A stretch of DNA of 64,000 nucleotides from an uncultured Desulfobacter sp. GTDB lineage: Bacteria; Desulfobacterota; Desulfobacteria; Desulfobacterales; Desulfobacteraceae. Under the pieces are notes generated by a model that saw nothing but the letters and a program-made list of their open reading frames with translations, did not search any database and had not been told where the DNA came from. The stretch lies in the NCBI GenBank assembly GCA_963665095.1, contig OY762069.1, positions 192,001 through 256,000 on the forward strand, in the 5' to 3' direction. This document shows positions 47,478 through 57,800 of the stretch, piece by piece (position 1 is the first letter of the stretch; the number at the start of each line of letters is the position of its first letter). The translations under genes were made by a program, and so were the position numbers.

Positions 47478-48500
47478 ATGGCATCCATCTCCATTGAAAA
47501 TTTAACCAAGACCTACCGCAAGGTCCGGGCCCTGGATCAGGTCAGCCTGACCGTGAGACAGGGGGAACTCTTTGCCTATCTGGGTCCCAACGGTGCCGGA
47601 AAGACCACCACCATAAGGATTCTTACAGGCATGACCCGGTTTGATACGGGGGAATGCCGTATCAACGGGTTTGATATCCAAAAGGATGAGGCCCGGGCCA
47701 AGGAGCAGTACGGTCTGGTCTCCCAGGTCGTCAACCTGGACCAGGAACTGACGGTAAAGGAAAACCTGCTGATCCACGGCCTGATGTACGGCATGACGCT
47801 GTCCGCCATCAACTGCAAGACCCGTGAGCTTCTGGAATACGTGGAGATGTCCGACCGGCTGAAAGACCCGGTCAGGACACTGTCCGGGGGGCTGAAACGG
47901 CGCCTGATGATCGCAAGGGCTCTGCTCCACGAGCCCTCCATCCTCTTCATGGATGAGCCCACCGTGGGCCTGGATGCTGCTATCCGGCGCCGGATCTGGG
48001 CTTTGATCCGCAAGATTCAGGCCGCCGGAACCACCATTTTTCTTACGACCCATTATATTGAGGAGGCCGAGTTTCTGGCAGGCCGGGTGGCTTTCCTGGA
48101 CAAGGGGCGCATCGTTACCCTGGACACCCCGGCCAGCCTCATGGAAGCCATCGGGGCCTGGGCCATCGACTGCCTCACCCCTTCCGGGATGGAAACTGTG
48201 TACTTCAGGGACCGGAAAGCGGCAGAAGCCTTCAATCATGACAATTCCCAGCAGTATACCCTGCGCCGGGTCAACCTGGAGGATGCCTTTCTGGCCATAA
48301 CGGGAAAAAAGACCCAGGCAGGCCCTGGAGGTACGGAAGGCCACGGTCACGCCAGTGCTCACGGAGGCCATGGCGGGCACAGCCACGCCTCCGGCAGTCA
48401 CGGACACTCCCAAAGCACCAGCCACGGGCATACCAGCCACGGACACTCCCACGGAAGCCATGGCAGCGGCCATACCCAACAGGGCACACGCGGCCATTGA
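47478..48500 (+). CDS. ABC-2 (DrrA/NodI-type) ATPase with a His-rich C-terminal tail
   Basis: GPNGAGKTT, LSGG, DEPTVGLD and TTHYIEEA; 16 His in the last 53 aa. Confidence 0.9.
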   Translation: MASISIENLTKTYRKVRALDQVSLTVRQGELFAYLGPNGAGKTTTIRILTGMTRFDTGECRINGFDIQKDEARAKEQYGLVSQVVNLDQELTVKENLLIHGLMYGMTLSAINCKTRELLEYVEMSDRLKDPVRTLSGGLKRRLMIARALLHEPSILFMDEPTVGLDAAIRRRIWALIRKIQAAGTTIFLTTHYIEEAEFLAGRVAFLDKGRIVTLDTPASLMEAIGAWAIDCLTPSGMETVYFRDRKAAEAFNHDNSQQYTLRRVNLEDAFLAITGKKTQAGPGGTEGHGHASAHGGHGGHSHASGSHGHSQSTSHGHTSHGHSHGSHGSGHTQQGTRGH

Positions 48501-48514
48501 AAGGAAATATCATT

Positions 48515-49252
48515 ATGTTACGCAGTATTATTGCCGTTTATTTGCGGGAAATGCTGATTTTAAAACAAAGATTGAACCGGCAGATTCCCTCCTGGTCGGT
48601 ATCCCCCCTGCTCTACCTCATCGCCTTTGGGTATGCCGCCGGCTATTCGGTGCAGGTGGAGGGCCACACCTACATGGCCTTTCTCATTCCGGGCCTTATG
48701 GCCATGAACAGCATGACCCAGGCCTTTGCCATTGCAGGCGACGTCAATATTGCCCGGTTCTACTGGCATACCTTTGAAGAGTTTCAGGCCGCCCCTGTAT
48801 CCAAGACCGCCTATGTGACGGGCGAGGTCCTGGCCGGAATGACCCGGGCCCTGTTATCGGTGCTGGTGATCATGCTCATGGCCCTGGTATTCCGGGTGGA
48901 CATCCACTATAACGTTGCATTTCTCATCGGAATCCTGCTCAACAGTTTTGTTTTCGCCTCCCTGGCCGTGGGCCTGGCCATGGTGGTCAAGTCCCATGCA
49001 GACCAGTCCCTGCTCACCTCCTTTGTGATCACGCCCATGGCCTTTTTGGGGGGTACCTTCTTTCCGGTGGACCGGCTGCCGGCCTGGGCCGGGACTTTGC
49101 TTTCCCTTCTGCCCCTGACCCATGCCTCAAAGGCCATCCGGGATGCCTGTCTGAACAGCAGGGCGGACATGGGATCCTGGCTGATTCTGCTGATAACCGG
49201 CATTGCCTTTTTCATCATGAGCGTGGCCCTGGTGGAGAAAGCCAAAGACTGA
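48515..49252 (+). CDS. ABC-2 type permease
   Basis: YMAFLIPG, FLGGTFFP and LPLTHA; six TM segments. Confidence 0.88.
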   Translation: MLRSIIAVYLREMLILKQRLNRQIPSWSVSPLLYLIAFGYAAGYSVQVEGHTYMAFLIPGLMAMNSMTQAFAIAGDVNIARFYWHTFEEFQAAPVSKTAYVTGEVLAGMTRALLSVLVIMLMALVFRVDIHYNVAFLIGILLNSFVFASLAVGLAMVVKSHADQSLLTSFVITPMAFLGGTFFPVDRLPAWAGTLLSLLPLTHASKAIRDACLNSRADMGSWLILLITGIAFFIMSVALVEKAKD

Positions 49253-49264
49253 GGAAAAACGATC

Positions 49265-50914
49265 ATGACAGAGACATTAAAGACCGCACTCATCCACCTC
49301 AACGTCAGGTATAAAGACGTGCCAGGAAACGCGGAACGTCTTCTGGCCCTCAACCATGAGGCCGCCCGGAATGGGCACCGGATCATCGTCAATACAGAAA
49401 TGGGCCTGTCCGGATACAGCTTTTCTTCAGTTGAAGAGATTCGGCCCCATACCCTGACCCTCTTTTCAGAACCGGTCAGGGCTTTGTCCGATATTGCCCG
49501 GGAGTTTAAGGTCTATATCATCCTGGGCCTGGCCCTGGAAGACCCTTCTACCTCCATCCTCACCAACTCAGCCATCGTATTGGGTCCGGACGGGAAGCCC
49601 CTGCTGACCTATGACAAGATCAATGCTGAAGCCCGGTGGGCCTGTCCCGGAGACCCCTGCCAGGACAATGTTTTTTCCACCCCCTGGGGACAGGTTGGGG
49701 TCGTGATCTGCGCAGACTCCTACCACGGTCTCTTGATGCGGCAAACTGCCCTGAGAGGGGCGGAACTTATCCTGGTTTCCGCCAACTGGCCCCTGGTCGG
49801 GCTGGATCCGAGGGAGATCTGGTGCATGAGGGCCCGGGAAAACGGCGTATATATTGCCGCCTGCAACCGGGCCGGTACGGATCTGACCATGGAGTGCCAT
49901 ACCGCCCCTTCAGGGCTCTTTTCCCCGGACGGCATCCCGGTCGTCTGCAAGACCCATCAGGACTCCACGGTTATGAGCGTTGAAATTCCTTTGCATGACG
50001 GAAAAATTGCATCCAGAAGAAAAGAGATCATGGCCCGGCGCACGCCCAGTCGCTACACGCCCATTTATCTGGAAACCCGCTATGCCACAAACGACGCCCA
50101 GGTCCTGACTGACTGGCACGGCCTGAACCCGCCGGGCCTTGTTTGCGTGACCGCCTTTACCGCGTTGCCCGGCAACCCGGGTACCAGGCTCACCTGTGAG
50201 GCTGTACGCCGTGTCATATCCTTATACACAGACCGACTGATCCGTGATCCCGGGAATTTGGGCAGTTCCGAATCGACCCTGATGGTCTTCCCGGTAATCG
50301 ATGGGGAGGCATCACAGATCGACCGGCTGCTTCAATGGCTGGAACATGAGATTCCCGATACCGGACTGGCTCTGTGTCTGGGACGGATCAGTGATTCCGG
50401 TCTTCAGGAGATCATTTTTACAGGCCCGGGACAGGACCCGGCGCATCCTTTAGGAAATATAGTGCTGCGCCACAGCCGGGACACCAAGGGTACCGGGCCG
50501 GGCCCTGAGGGCGTGACCATTGTGGACAGCGGTAACTTTAGACTTGGGCTGTGCCTGCCGGAAGCCCTGCTCCATCCGGAAACCGGCATTGCCCACGCCA
50601 AACTGGGATGCGATCTTCTGGTCTCCAGCGTGGACAGCCTGGATCCCCTTGACCGGCTGGTCATGGCCGGCCGGTGCACAGACACCCTTGCCGTGGCCGT
50701 GGCCGGGACGGACACCTCGTTTATATGCGCTCCGCCCAAGAGCCATGAACGGTTTGCCGAAGCCCTGGTCCACAGAGCATCCCAAGGCTCTGACATGGCC
50801 GCCTGCCAGGCAAAGATGACACTGGATACCGGAGAAATCCGTAAAAAAAACCACCAGAACCGAATCGATTATCACACCCTTTTGGCCGGTTTCCGGCCCG
50901 AAGAATCCTCATGA
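49265..50914 (+). CDS. Carbon-nitrogen hydrolase (nitrilase family) with a second degenerate domain
   Basis: E-K-C triad contexts NTEMGLSGY, YDKIN and ICADSY, plus RARENG. The C-terminal half has LGLCLPE...LGCDLLV. Confidence 0.8.
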   Translation: MTETLKTALIHLNVRYKDVPGNAERLLALNHEAARNGHRIIVNTEMGLSGYSFSSVEEIRPHTLTLFSEPVRALSDIAREFKVYIILGLALEDPSTSILTNSAIVLGPDGKPLLTYDKINAEARWACPGDPCQDNVFSTPWGQVGVVICADSYHGLLMRQTALRGAELILVSANWPLVGLDPREIWCMRARENGVYIAACNRAGTDLTMECHTAPSGLFSPDGIPVVCKTHQDSTVMSVEIPLHDGKIASRRKEIMARRTPSRYTPIYLETRYATNDAQVLTDWHGLNPPGLVCVTAFTALPGNPGTRLTCEAVRRVISLYTDRLIRDPGNLGSSESTLMVFPVIDGEASQIDRLLQWLEHEIPDTGLALCLGRISDSGLQEIIFTGPGQDPAHPLGNIVLRHSRDTKGTGPGPEGVTIVDSGNFRLGLCLPEALLHPETGIAHAKLGCDLLVSSVDSLDPLDRLVMAGRCTDTLAVAVAGTDTSFICAPPKSHERFAEALVHRASQGSDMAACQAKMTLDTGEIRKKNHQNRIDYHTLLAGFRPEESS

Positions 50915-50957
50915 TACTGCCCCCTGGCCACATACAGGGGGCAAAGGAGTCCTTAAG

Positions 50958-53900
50958 ATGAAAATCTGCTTTGTTTACGGCCATATGTTTAATGTTCATT
51001 CCTGGTCTCTGGCCTGCGATACCCTCCGGGCCGACGGCATTGAGGTATCTTTGTTTTCGCAGGTCGGATCCGCAGACACGCTTGCCGCCCACATGGAAGA
51101 GGCCGGAGTTGACCTGTTTATCGGCCAGCTGTTCAGGGAGCTGCCCGGTTACGATTTGATTCTGGAATACGCTATGAAAGCCGGCGCAAGGGCCTGCATC
51201 GGCTGGGACATCCCTTCGGATTTTTCCACCTTTACCCATGATCAGCTGGCAGTGCTCAGCACCTATCTTAAAGCCCCCCATGCCGGCAATTACCGCAACG
51301 GGATCCTGTATCTCGCCGCTCTGTGCGGTGCAGATGTCAAGGCCGCGCCGGCCGTACCTGTTCAAACCCACGGGATCTACCACCCCGGGGCATCAGAGCT
51401 GTTTGACACATCCCGGGCGTACCTTGCCTGGGTCCGTGACACCCAACCGGCGGCAGCAGGACCCGTGGTGGGGGTGCTGGCCTATTTCGGCCAGCTGGCT
51501 GAAAAAAATCACGATGATATTGACGCGGTCATCCAGGAACTTTCACGCCAGGGCATGATACCTTTGTGTGTGGTATCCGAAGGTCCCCAGGACGCTTCCC
51601 TTCCCCTGGAACAGCGGTATCCCTGGCTGCACTATCTCACCCAACTTGAAAAAAATGAAAAGCCCGCAGCCCTGATCAGTCTCATGACCGGAAGACTTCT
51701 GGCCACGGCATCGGACATCCCGGTGCTGACTGAGCTTGACATTCCGGTATTCCAGGCCGTCCGGCTCTATCAGCAGACCCCTGAAGACTGGGAAAGGGAC
51801 GTTGACGGCAGCGGGGCAGGGGGATTTTCCACAATTTATGCCATGTCCCAGCCGGAAATGGCCGGGGCGATCGAGCCCACCATGGCTGCCGCCACCCTGC
51901 CGGATGAGCATCCGGACTCGGCAATCAACTTTCGGCGGTACGTCCCGGTGGCGGAGCGCATCGCCCATCTGTGTCGCAGAATCAGAAAATGGGCGGCCCT
52001 GGCCCAAATGCCCAACCATGACAAACGGATCACCATTGTTCTCAACAACAATCCCTGCAAGGGGGTGGAGGCCACCCTGGGGCTTGCCGCAGGCCTTGAC
52101 ACCTTTGAAAGCCTGGCCCGGACCATTGCCGCGCTGAATGCTGCCGGCTATGATGTGGGGGACGCGCCCGGGGATGGCCAGGCCCTGCTGGACGCCTTCA
52201 TGGATAAAAAGGCCTTCTCCGAATTCCGGTGGACCACAGTGGATGAAACGGTAAAAAAAGGCGGGGTCCTGCACTTTATGGACGAAACCGCTTACCGACG
52301 CCACTTTGACGCCCTTCCCCGAACCGCCAGACAGCGGGTGGAAAAAGACTGGGAGCCCTTTCCAGGCCAGGGCATGGTCTATGAACGGGAGGGAAAACAG
52401 GTCCTTGTGATTGCAGGGCTCTCCTTCGGGAATCTGACCCTTGTTATCCAGCCCAAGCGGGGATGCTATGGCGCCAAGTGTAACGGCGAGGTGTGCCGTA
52501 TTCTGCATGACCCGAACCTTGCCCCTCCCCATCACTGGCTGGCCACCTATTTTTATATCCAGGACCATTCAGATGCCGTTGTCCATTTCGGCACCCACGG
52601 GGCAGTGGAATTCCTGCCTGGAAAACCCTCGGCTTTGAGCCGCGCCTGCTTTCCGGAAATCTCCCTGGGGGATTTGCCCAATATCTACCCCTATGCCCTT
52701 GATGTGCCGGCGGAAGGGGCCATGGCCAAGCGCAGGGGAAGGGCTGTCACCGTCACCCATCTGACCCCGGTGCTCCGGCCTGCCCAGGTGCCGCCTGAAA
52801 TGGTGCGCCTCCAGACGCTTCTCAAGGAGTACATGACTGCAAAGGAAAACCGGTCTGCCCGCCGCATTGAAATCCTGGAACAAGAGATGATCCCCCTGGT
52901 CCGGGACCTGCACCTGGGTGCCCCGGATACGGCCCTTGACATCAGTCTGTTGTCCCGGCAGATCTCCCAGTACAAACGGACCCTGTCCCCTCTGGGAATG
53001 CATGTGCTGGGCATGGCCCCGGATGCGGCAGGCACGGCCGCCATGATGGCAGTCATGCTGATGAAGGAAACTGATGACAAGCCAAGCCTTGGAGAACTTG
53101 CCGGTCTGTTTCAGCCGGGAAACCCGGCAGAAGGCCTTGAAGAGGATAGTTCAACAACAGAAGATGCGTTTGACAGGGCGGCCCGGGTGATCCAGGATCT
53201 CATCGCCACAGGTGCAGAAGCCGCAACCGGCCAGGAAATCGTGACGGACAGTCTTGCTCCTTCTTTCAAAGACTGGTGTAAAAAAACGGGCAGCCATATT
53301 GCCCAAAGCTCCCGGGAAATTTTCCAAATCCTGCGGGCCCTGGAGGGCCGGTACATTGAACCCGGGGTATGCGGTTCCATGGCCCTTGGCAATACCCGGG
53401 TACTGCCCTCGGGCAGAAATCTTTTCCCCACTGATGTCCAGGCCCTGCCCACAAAGGCCGCCTGGCAGGTGGGGCAGGAGCTTTGTGACAACCTGCTGAA
53501 AAAATACATGGCAGATGAAGGAAGGTTCCCGGAAAGCGTGGGCATCAACCTGTGGAGCCTTGATGCGTTTAAGTCTGACGGGGAAATTTTCTGTCAGATC
53601 CTGTATCTCATGGGCACACGCCCGGTCTGGAGAAACGGGGGAAAGGTGACGGGCATTGAAGCCATACCACTGCCAGACCTTAAACTGACCATTGACGACA
53701 CCCTGTATCAGCCCCGGCCAAGGGTGGATGTGGTGATCCAGACCTCAGGGATTTTAAGGGACATGGTTCCCCATTTTGCTGACCTTGTAGACGAGGCCGC
53801 TGTCCTGGCATCGGGCCTGGACGAATCCCATGACCTGAACTTTGTCAAAAAGCACACAGACGAAGAGATGGAACGTCTGCGGCGGGAACTTAACGATCAA

Positions 53901-54770
53901 TACCCGGACAAACAGATCGCAAGGATGGCCAGCTTCAGGGTATTTTCCTCTCCCCCCGGCACCTACGGCATCGGCGTGGGCCTGGCCCTGGACGCCTCGG
54001 CCTGGGAAACCGAGGCCGATCTTGTGGAGACCTACGTGAACTGGGGCGGCTATGCATACGGATCTTCCAGGAATGATGACCTGCCCAGGGTGTCGGGCCA
54101 GGCCGCCCACGCCCTGTATGCGAAACGCCTGGAAACCGTGGATGCCACCTATATGCGCCAGTACTGCCCGGAGTACGATCTTCTGGACGGTGGCTGCTAT
54201 GCCGCCTATCTGGGTGGTATGTCCCTGGCATCCAAAACCCTGAGCGGAAAATCTGCGCCCATTTACTGGGGGGATGCCAACGCTGCCGGGGACAACTCCA
54301 TCCGGGACGTAAAGGAGGATATCGAAATGTCGGCCCGGGCCCGCCTGATCAATCCCCGGTGGATCGAAAACCAGAAAAACCACGGATTCAAAGGTGCGGA
54401 AAGCGTCTCCAGCCGGGTGAACAACCTGTTTAAATGGAGTGCAGTGACAAAGAAGGTGGACAAGTGGGTATTTGACGAGGTGGTGGAGACCTATATTCAC
54501 AACCCTGAAAATTTTGAGTGGCTCAAAAGTCAGAATCCCTATGCCCTGGAAGAGCTGACCCGCCGACTCCTGGAAGCCCAGGCCAGGGGACTCTGGGATG
54601 CCGACCCAGAGGATCTGGATGCCATCAAAAACGTGGCCCTGGATATCGAAGGAGACATGGAAGAGCGCATCGGAGATGTGGATGAGGAGTACCAGGGCAG
54701 TGCCGTGGATATCCTTACTGCATCGGATGTGGAAAAATGGAAACGCGAGTGGCGCTTGACAAAAGAGTAA
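50958..54770 (+). CDS. cobN: CobN/BchH-type chelatase large subunit 2 (Cys-rich subtype)
   Basis: QPEMAG, PKRGCYGAKCNGEVCRILHD, HFGTHGAVEFLPGK, LPSGRNL and NPRWI. Confidence 0.9.
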   Translation: MKICFVYGHMFNVHSWSLACDTLRADGIEVSLFSQVGSADTLAAHMEEAGVDLFIGQLFRELPGYDLILEYAMKAGARACIGWDIPSDFSTFTHDQLAVLSTYLKAPHAGNYRNGILYLAALCGADVKAAPAVPVQTHGIYHPGASELFDTSRAYLAWVRDTQPAAAGPVVGVLAYFGQLAEKNHDDIDAVIQELSRQGMIPLCVVSEGPQDASLPLEQRYPWLHYLTQLEKNEKPAALISLMTGRLLATASDIPVLTELDIPVFQAVRLYQQTPEDWERDVDGSGAGGFSTIYAMSQPEMAGAIEPTMAAATLPDEHPDSAINFRRYVPVAERIAHLCRRIRKWAALAQMPNHDKRITIVLNNNPCKGVEATLGLAAGLDTFESLARTIAALNAAGYDVGDAPGDGQALLDAFMDKKAFSEFRWTTVDETVKKGGVLHFMDETAYRRHFDALPRTARQRVEKDWEPFPGQGMVYEREGKQVLVIAGLSFGNLTLVIQPKRGCYGAKCNGEVCRILHDPNLAPPHHWLATYFYIQDHSDAVVHFGTHGAVEFLPGKPSALSRACFPEISLGDLPNIYPYALDVPAEGAMAKRRGRAVTVTHLTPVLRPAQVPPEMVRLQTLLKEYMTAKENRSARRIEILEQEMIPLVRDLHLGAPDTALDISLLSRQISQYKRTLSPLGMHVLGMAPDAAGTAAMMAVMLMKETDDKPSLGELAGLFQPGNPAEGLEEDSSTTEDAFDRAARVIQDLIATGAEAATGQEIVTDSLAPSFKDWCKKTGSHIAQSSREIFQILRALEGRYIEPGVCGSMALGNTRVLPSGRNLFPTDVQALPTKAAWQVGQELCDNLLKKYMADEGRFPESVGINLWSLDAFKSDGEIFCQILYLMGTRPVWRNGGKVTGIEAIPLPDLKLTIDDTLYQPRPRVDVVIQTSGILRDMVPHFADLVDEAAVLASGLDESHDLNFVKKHTDEEMERLRRELNDQYPDKQIARMASFRVFSSPPGTYGIGVGLALDASAWETEADLVETYVNWGGYAYGSSRNDDLPRVSGQAAHALYAKRLETVDATYMRQYCPEYDLLDGGCYAAYLGGMSLASKTLSGKSAPIYWGDANAAGDNSIRDVKEDIEMSARARLINPRWIENQKNHGFKGAESVSSRVNNLFKWSAVTKKVDKWVFDEVVETYIHNPENFEWLKSQNPYALEELTRRLLEAQARGLWDADPEDLDAIKNVALDIEGDMEERIGDVDEEYQGSAVDILTASDVEKWKREWRLTKE

Positions 54771-54809
54771 AAGCCCGTAATCCGCAACCATAAACGGAAG
54801 GAAAACATT

Positions 54810-57800
54810 TTGAAGGTTGCCTTTATTGCATTTCATCATGAAGTATCGTCTGCCCTGGCAGCGGCCAGATCCATCCATGAGGAAACCGGTGAAACACTGG
54901 AAGTCCTCGCACTGACACCTGAAAAATTTCAGGAAACCAGCCATCTGGATCAATTCCTGGAATTTACCCGGGATGCCGCACTGGTTATCATGCACCTGAT
55001 GGGCGGAAAATCAGTCCTCAAAGACCCGGATATCATCCTGTCATCACTCAAGAATCAAAACGTTCCGGTTTTTGCTGCCGGCGTTCCTGCCGACGCCGAA
55101 CTTGCAAACGATTCAACAGTTGATGAAAAAGAGTATCAGACCATTGCCGCATACATTAACAATGGCGGGCCTGAGAACATTAAAAACCTTCTGCTGTTTG
55201 CCGCAAACCGTTTCGCCGGCAAAAGCGTTACAGTCAATCCGCCCATAAAATTCCCCCTTGAAGGCATATACCACCCTAAGCTTGGCTATGTAAAAAACCT
55301 GGCCCATTACATGGAAAAAAAATATCTGCCCGAAAGGCCGACCATCGGCATCCTGTGCGGCCCCAATCCGACCAGGAATACAGGAGAACATTATATCGAC
55401 AGCCTGATCAACGAGCTCGAACACCAGGGGGCAAATGCCTATTCCGTATTCTTAAGCGGGACCGATCCCCAGGGCAAAAATTTAAGATGGGTTGTGGAAA
55501 ACTATTTCATGAAAGACGGCATCCCGGTCGTTGATACGGTGATCAGTCCACACGGACATTCCATTGCCGCCTACCTGCCGTCTGAATCCGTAACCGACCT
55601 GTTCAAGTCCCTTGGCGTACCCCTGCTCAAGGCAATTGCCACTTCCAATACCTTAGAACAGTGGCAGGACAGCCTGCTGGGCCTTGGTTTCAGTGAAGTG
55701 TCCTGGAACGTGGCCATGCCCGAGTTTGACGGTTTTATCATCACCGTGCCGGTTGCGGCCAAACAGATCTCCGGAACAGACCCGGCATCCGGCATTGAAA
55801 AGGAGACTCTCAAACCGATTCCCGAACGTATTGACAAGCTGGCCCGTCTGAGCCTCAAATGGGCAAAACTGAAATATATTCCCAACCCGGAGAGGAAAAT
55901 CGCCGTCATTTTTCACAATTATCCGCCGCGCAACGACAATATCGGATGTGCTGCAGGTCTCGATTCTGCGGTGTCTGCCGTAAACCTGCTCGAAAAAATG
56001 CAGGCCCGGGGATACCAGCTGGACTTTATCCCTGAAAACGGCCAGGACCTGATGGATACAATTATCAATGGATTGACCAATGATCAGCGCTGGTTGAGTA
56101 TTGAGGACCTGGCTGACCGGTCTGTGGATAAAATTCCGGCCGCCCGGTATGCCGAATGGCTGGATGAGGTTCCGGATGATGCCCGCAATAAAATGAAAAC
56201 CCATTGGGGAAAACCACCGGGCGAAAATTTCAACTACAAGGACGCGCTCCTGGTTCCGGGCCTGGTCAACGGTAACGTGTTTATCGGCCTTCAACCCCCC
56301 CGTGCCTGTGAATCAGATGCCGCTGATATTTACCATAATCCCGAAGTTCCCATCCCCTATCATTACCACGGGTACTACCGCTGGATCCGGGATGTCTTCA
56401 AGGCTGACGCCGTGATCCATTTCGGCACCCACGGCACACTGGAATGGCTGCCCGGAAAATCCGTAGGGCTTTCCGGATCCTGTTTCCCGGATGTGGGAAT
56501 CTGCGATCTGCCCAATATTTACCCCTACATTATCCATAACCCCGGCGAGGGTACCGGTGCCAAGAGACGCATCTATGCCTGCCTTGTGGACTATCTGCCT
56601 CCGGTGATGCATAACGCCGACACCTATGAGGACCTTGAAAGTCTCGATGTACAGCTCAAAGAGTACTACCGCGCCAAAAGTACAGATCCCGGAAAAATTG
56701 AAATTCAGAAAAAACTGATCTGGGAAACCATTGCCCGGGCCAATCTTGACAAAGATTTCAATGTGACCCGGGAAGAGGTGTTTAATGAATTTGACCAATT
56801 TTTAGAGCGGCTGCACGGTTATCTGAATGAATTGTCCGATACCCATATCCAGGACGGACTGCATGTGCTGGGTGAGCCGCCGGCAGGGACGCCCCTGGTA
56901 GAATTTTTAGTGGCGTTAACCCGGCTGAAAAACGGCAAAGTTCCCTCCCTTCGTCAGTCCATTGCCCAATTAAAGGGGTATGATTATGATGCACTGCTGG
57001 CCAATCGCGGCAGACTGCGCCCGGATAACAGAACCAACGGGGATGTCATCAGCGAACTGAACTTTCTTTGTCTTGAACTCATGGAAAAATTTCATGCTGC
57101 AGGCTTTAAGACTGATGCCATTGACGATTTGATGTCAAAGGTGCTGAACGGTCCTGACCCCTGGGTTCGGGACTGCTTAACCTGGATTTCCGATTTTCTC
57201 GTTCCGGCCCTGGAAGCGACCACCGATGAATTGACCCATACCCTTGACGCATGCGCCGGCCGTCATGTCCCGCCGGGACCTTCTGGTGCCCCTACCAGGG
57301 GAACGGCCGATATCCTGCCCACGGGAAGAAATTTTTATTCGGTTGATCCCCGCTGTATCCCTTCGCCGGCGGCCTGGAAGGTGGGGGTTGATCTGGGGGA
57401 TACCCTGCTTGCGCGGTACGTGGCGGAAGAAGGCCGATATCCGGAGAGCATCGGAACCGTCCTGTGGGCAACGGACACCATGAGGACCAACGGCGATTGC
57501 GTGGCCGAAAGTCTGTACCTGATGGGAATCCGGCCGGTATGGGAGGGATCCAGCGGCCGCGTGCTGAGGCTTGAGCCCATTCCCTTAAAGGAATTGAAAC
57601 GCCCCCGTATCGATGTAACCATGCGGATCAGTGGCCTGTTCAGGGATAATTTTCCCAATATCGTGCATCTCATCGACGAAGCCGTGGAAATGGTGGCCGC
57701 TCTCAAGGAAGTCCCTGATATGAATTATATCATGAAGCATGTGGAACAGGAGGTTGCCGATCGTACAGCATGTGGGGTTGACGCTGGGACAGCCAGAAAG

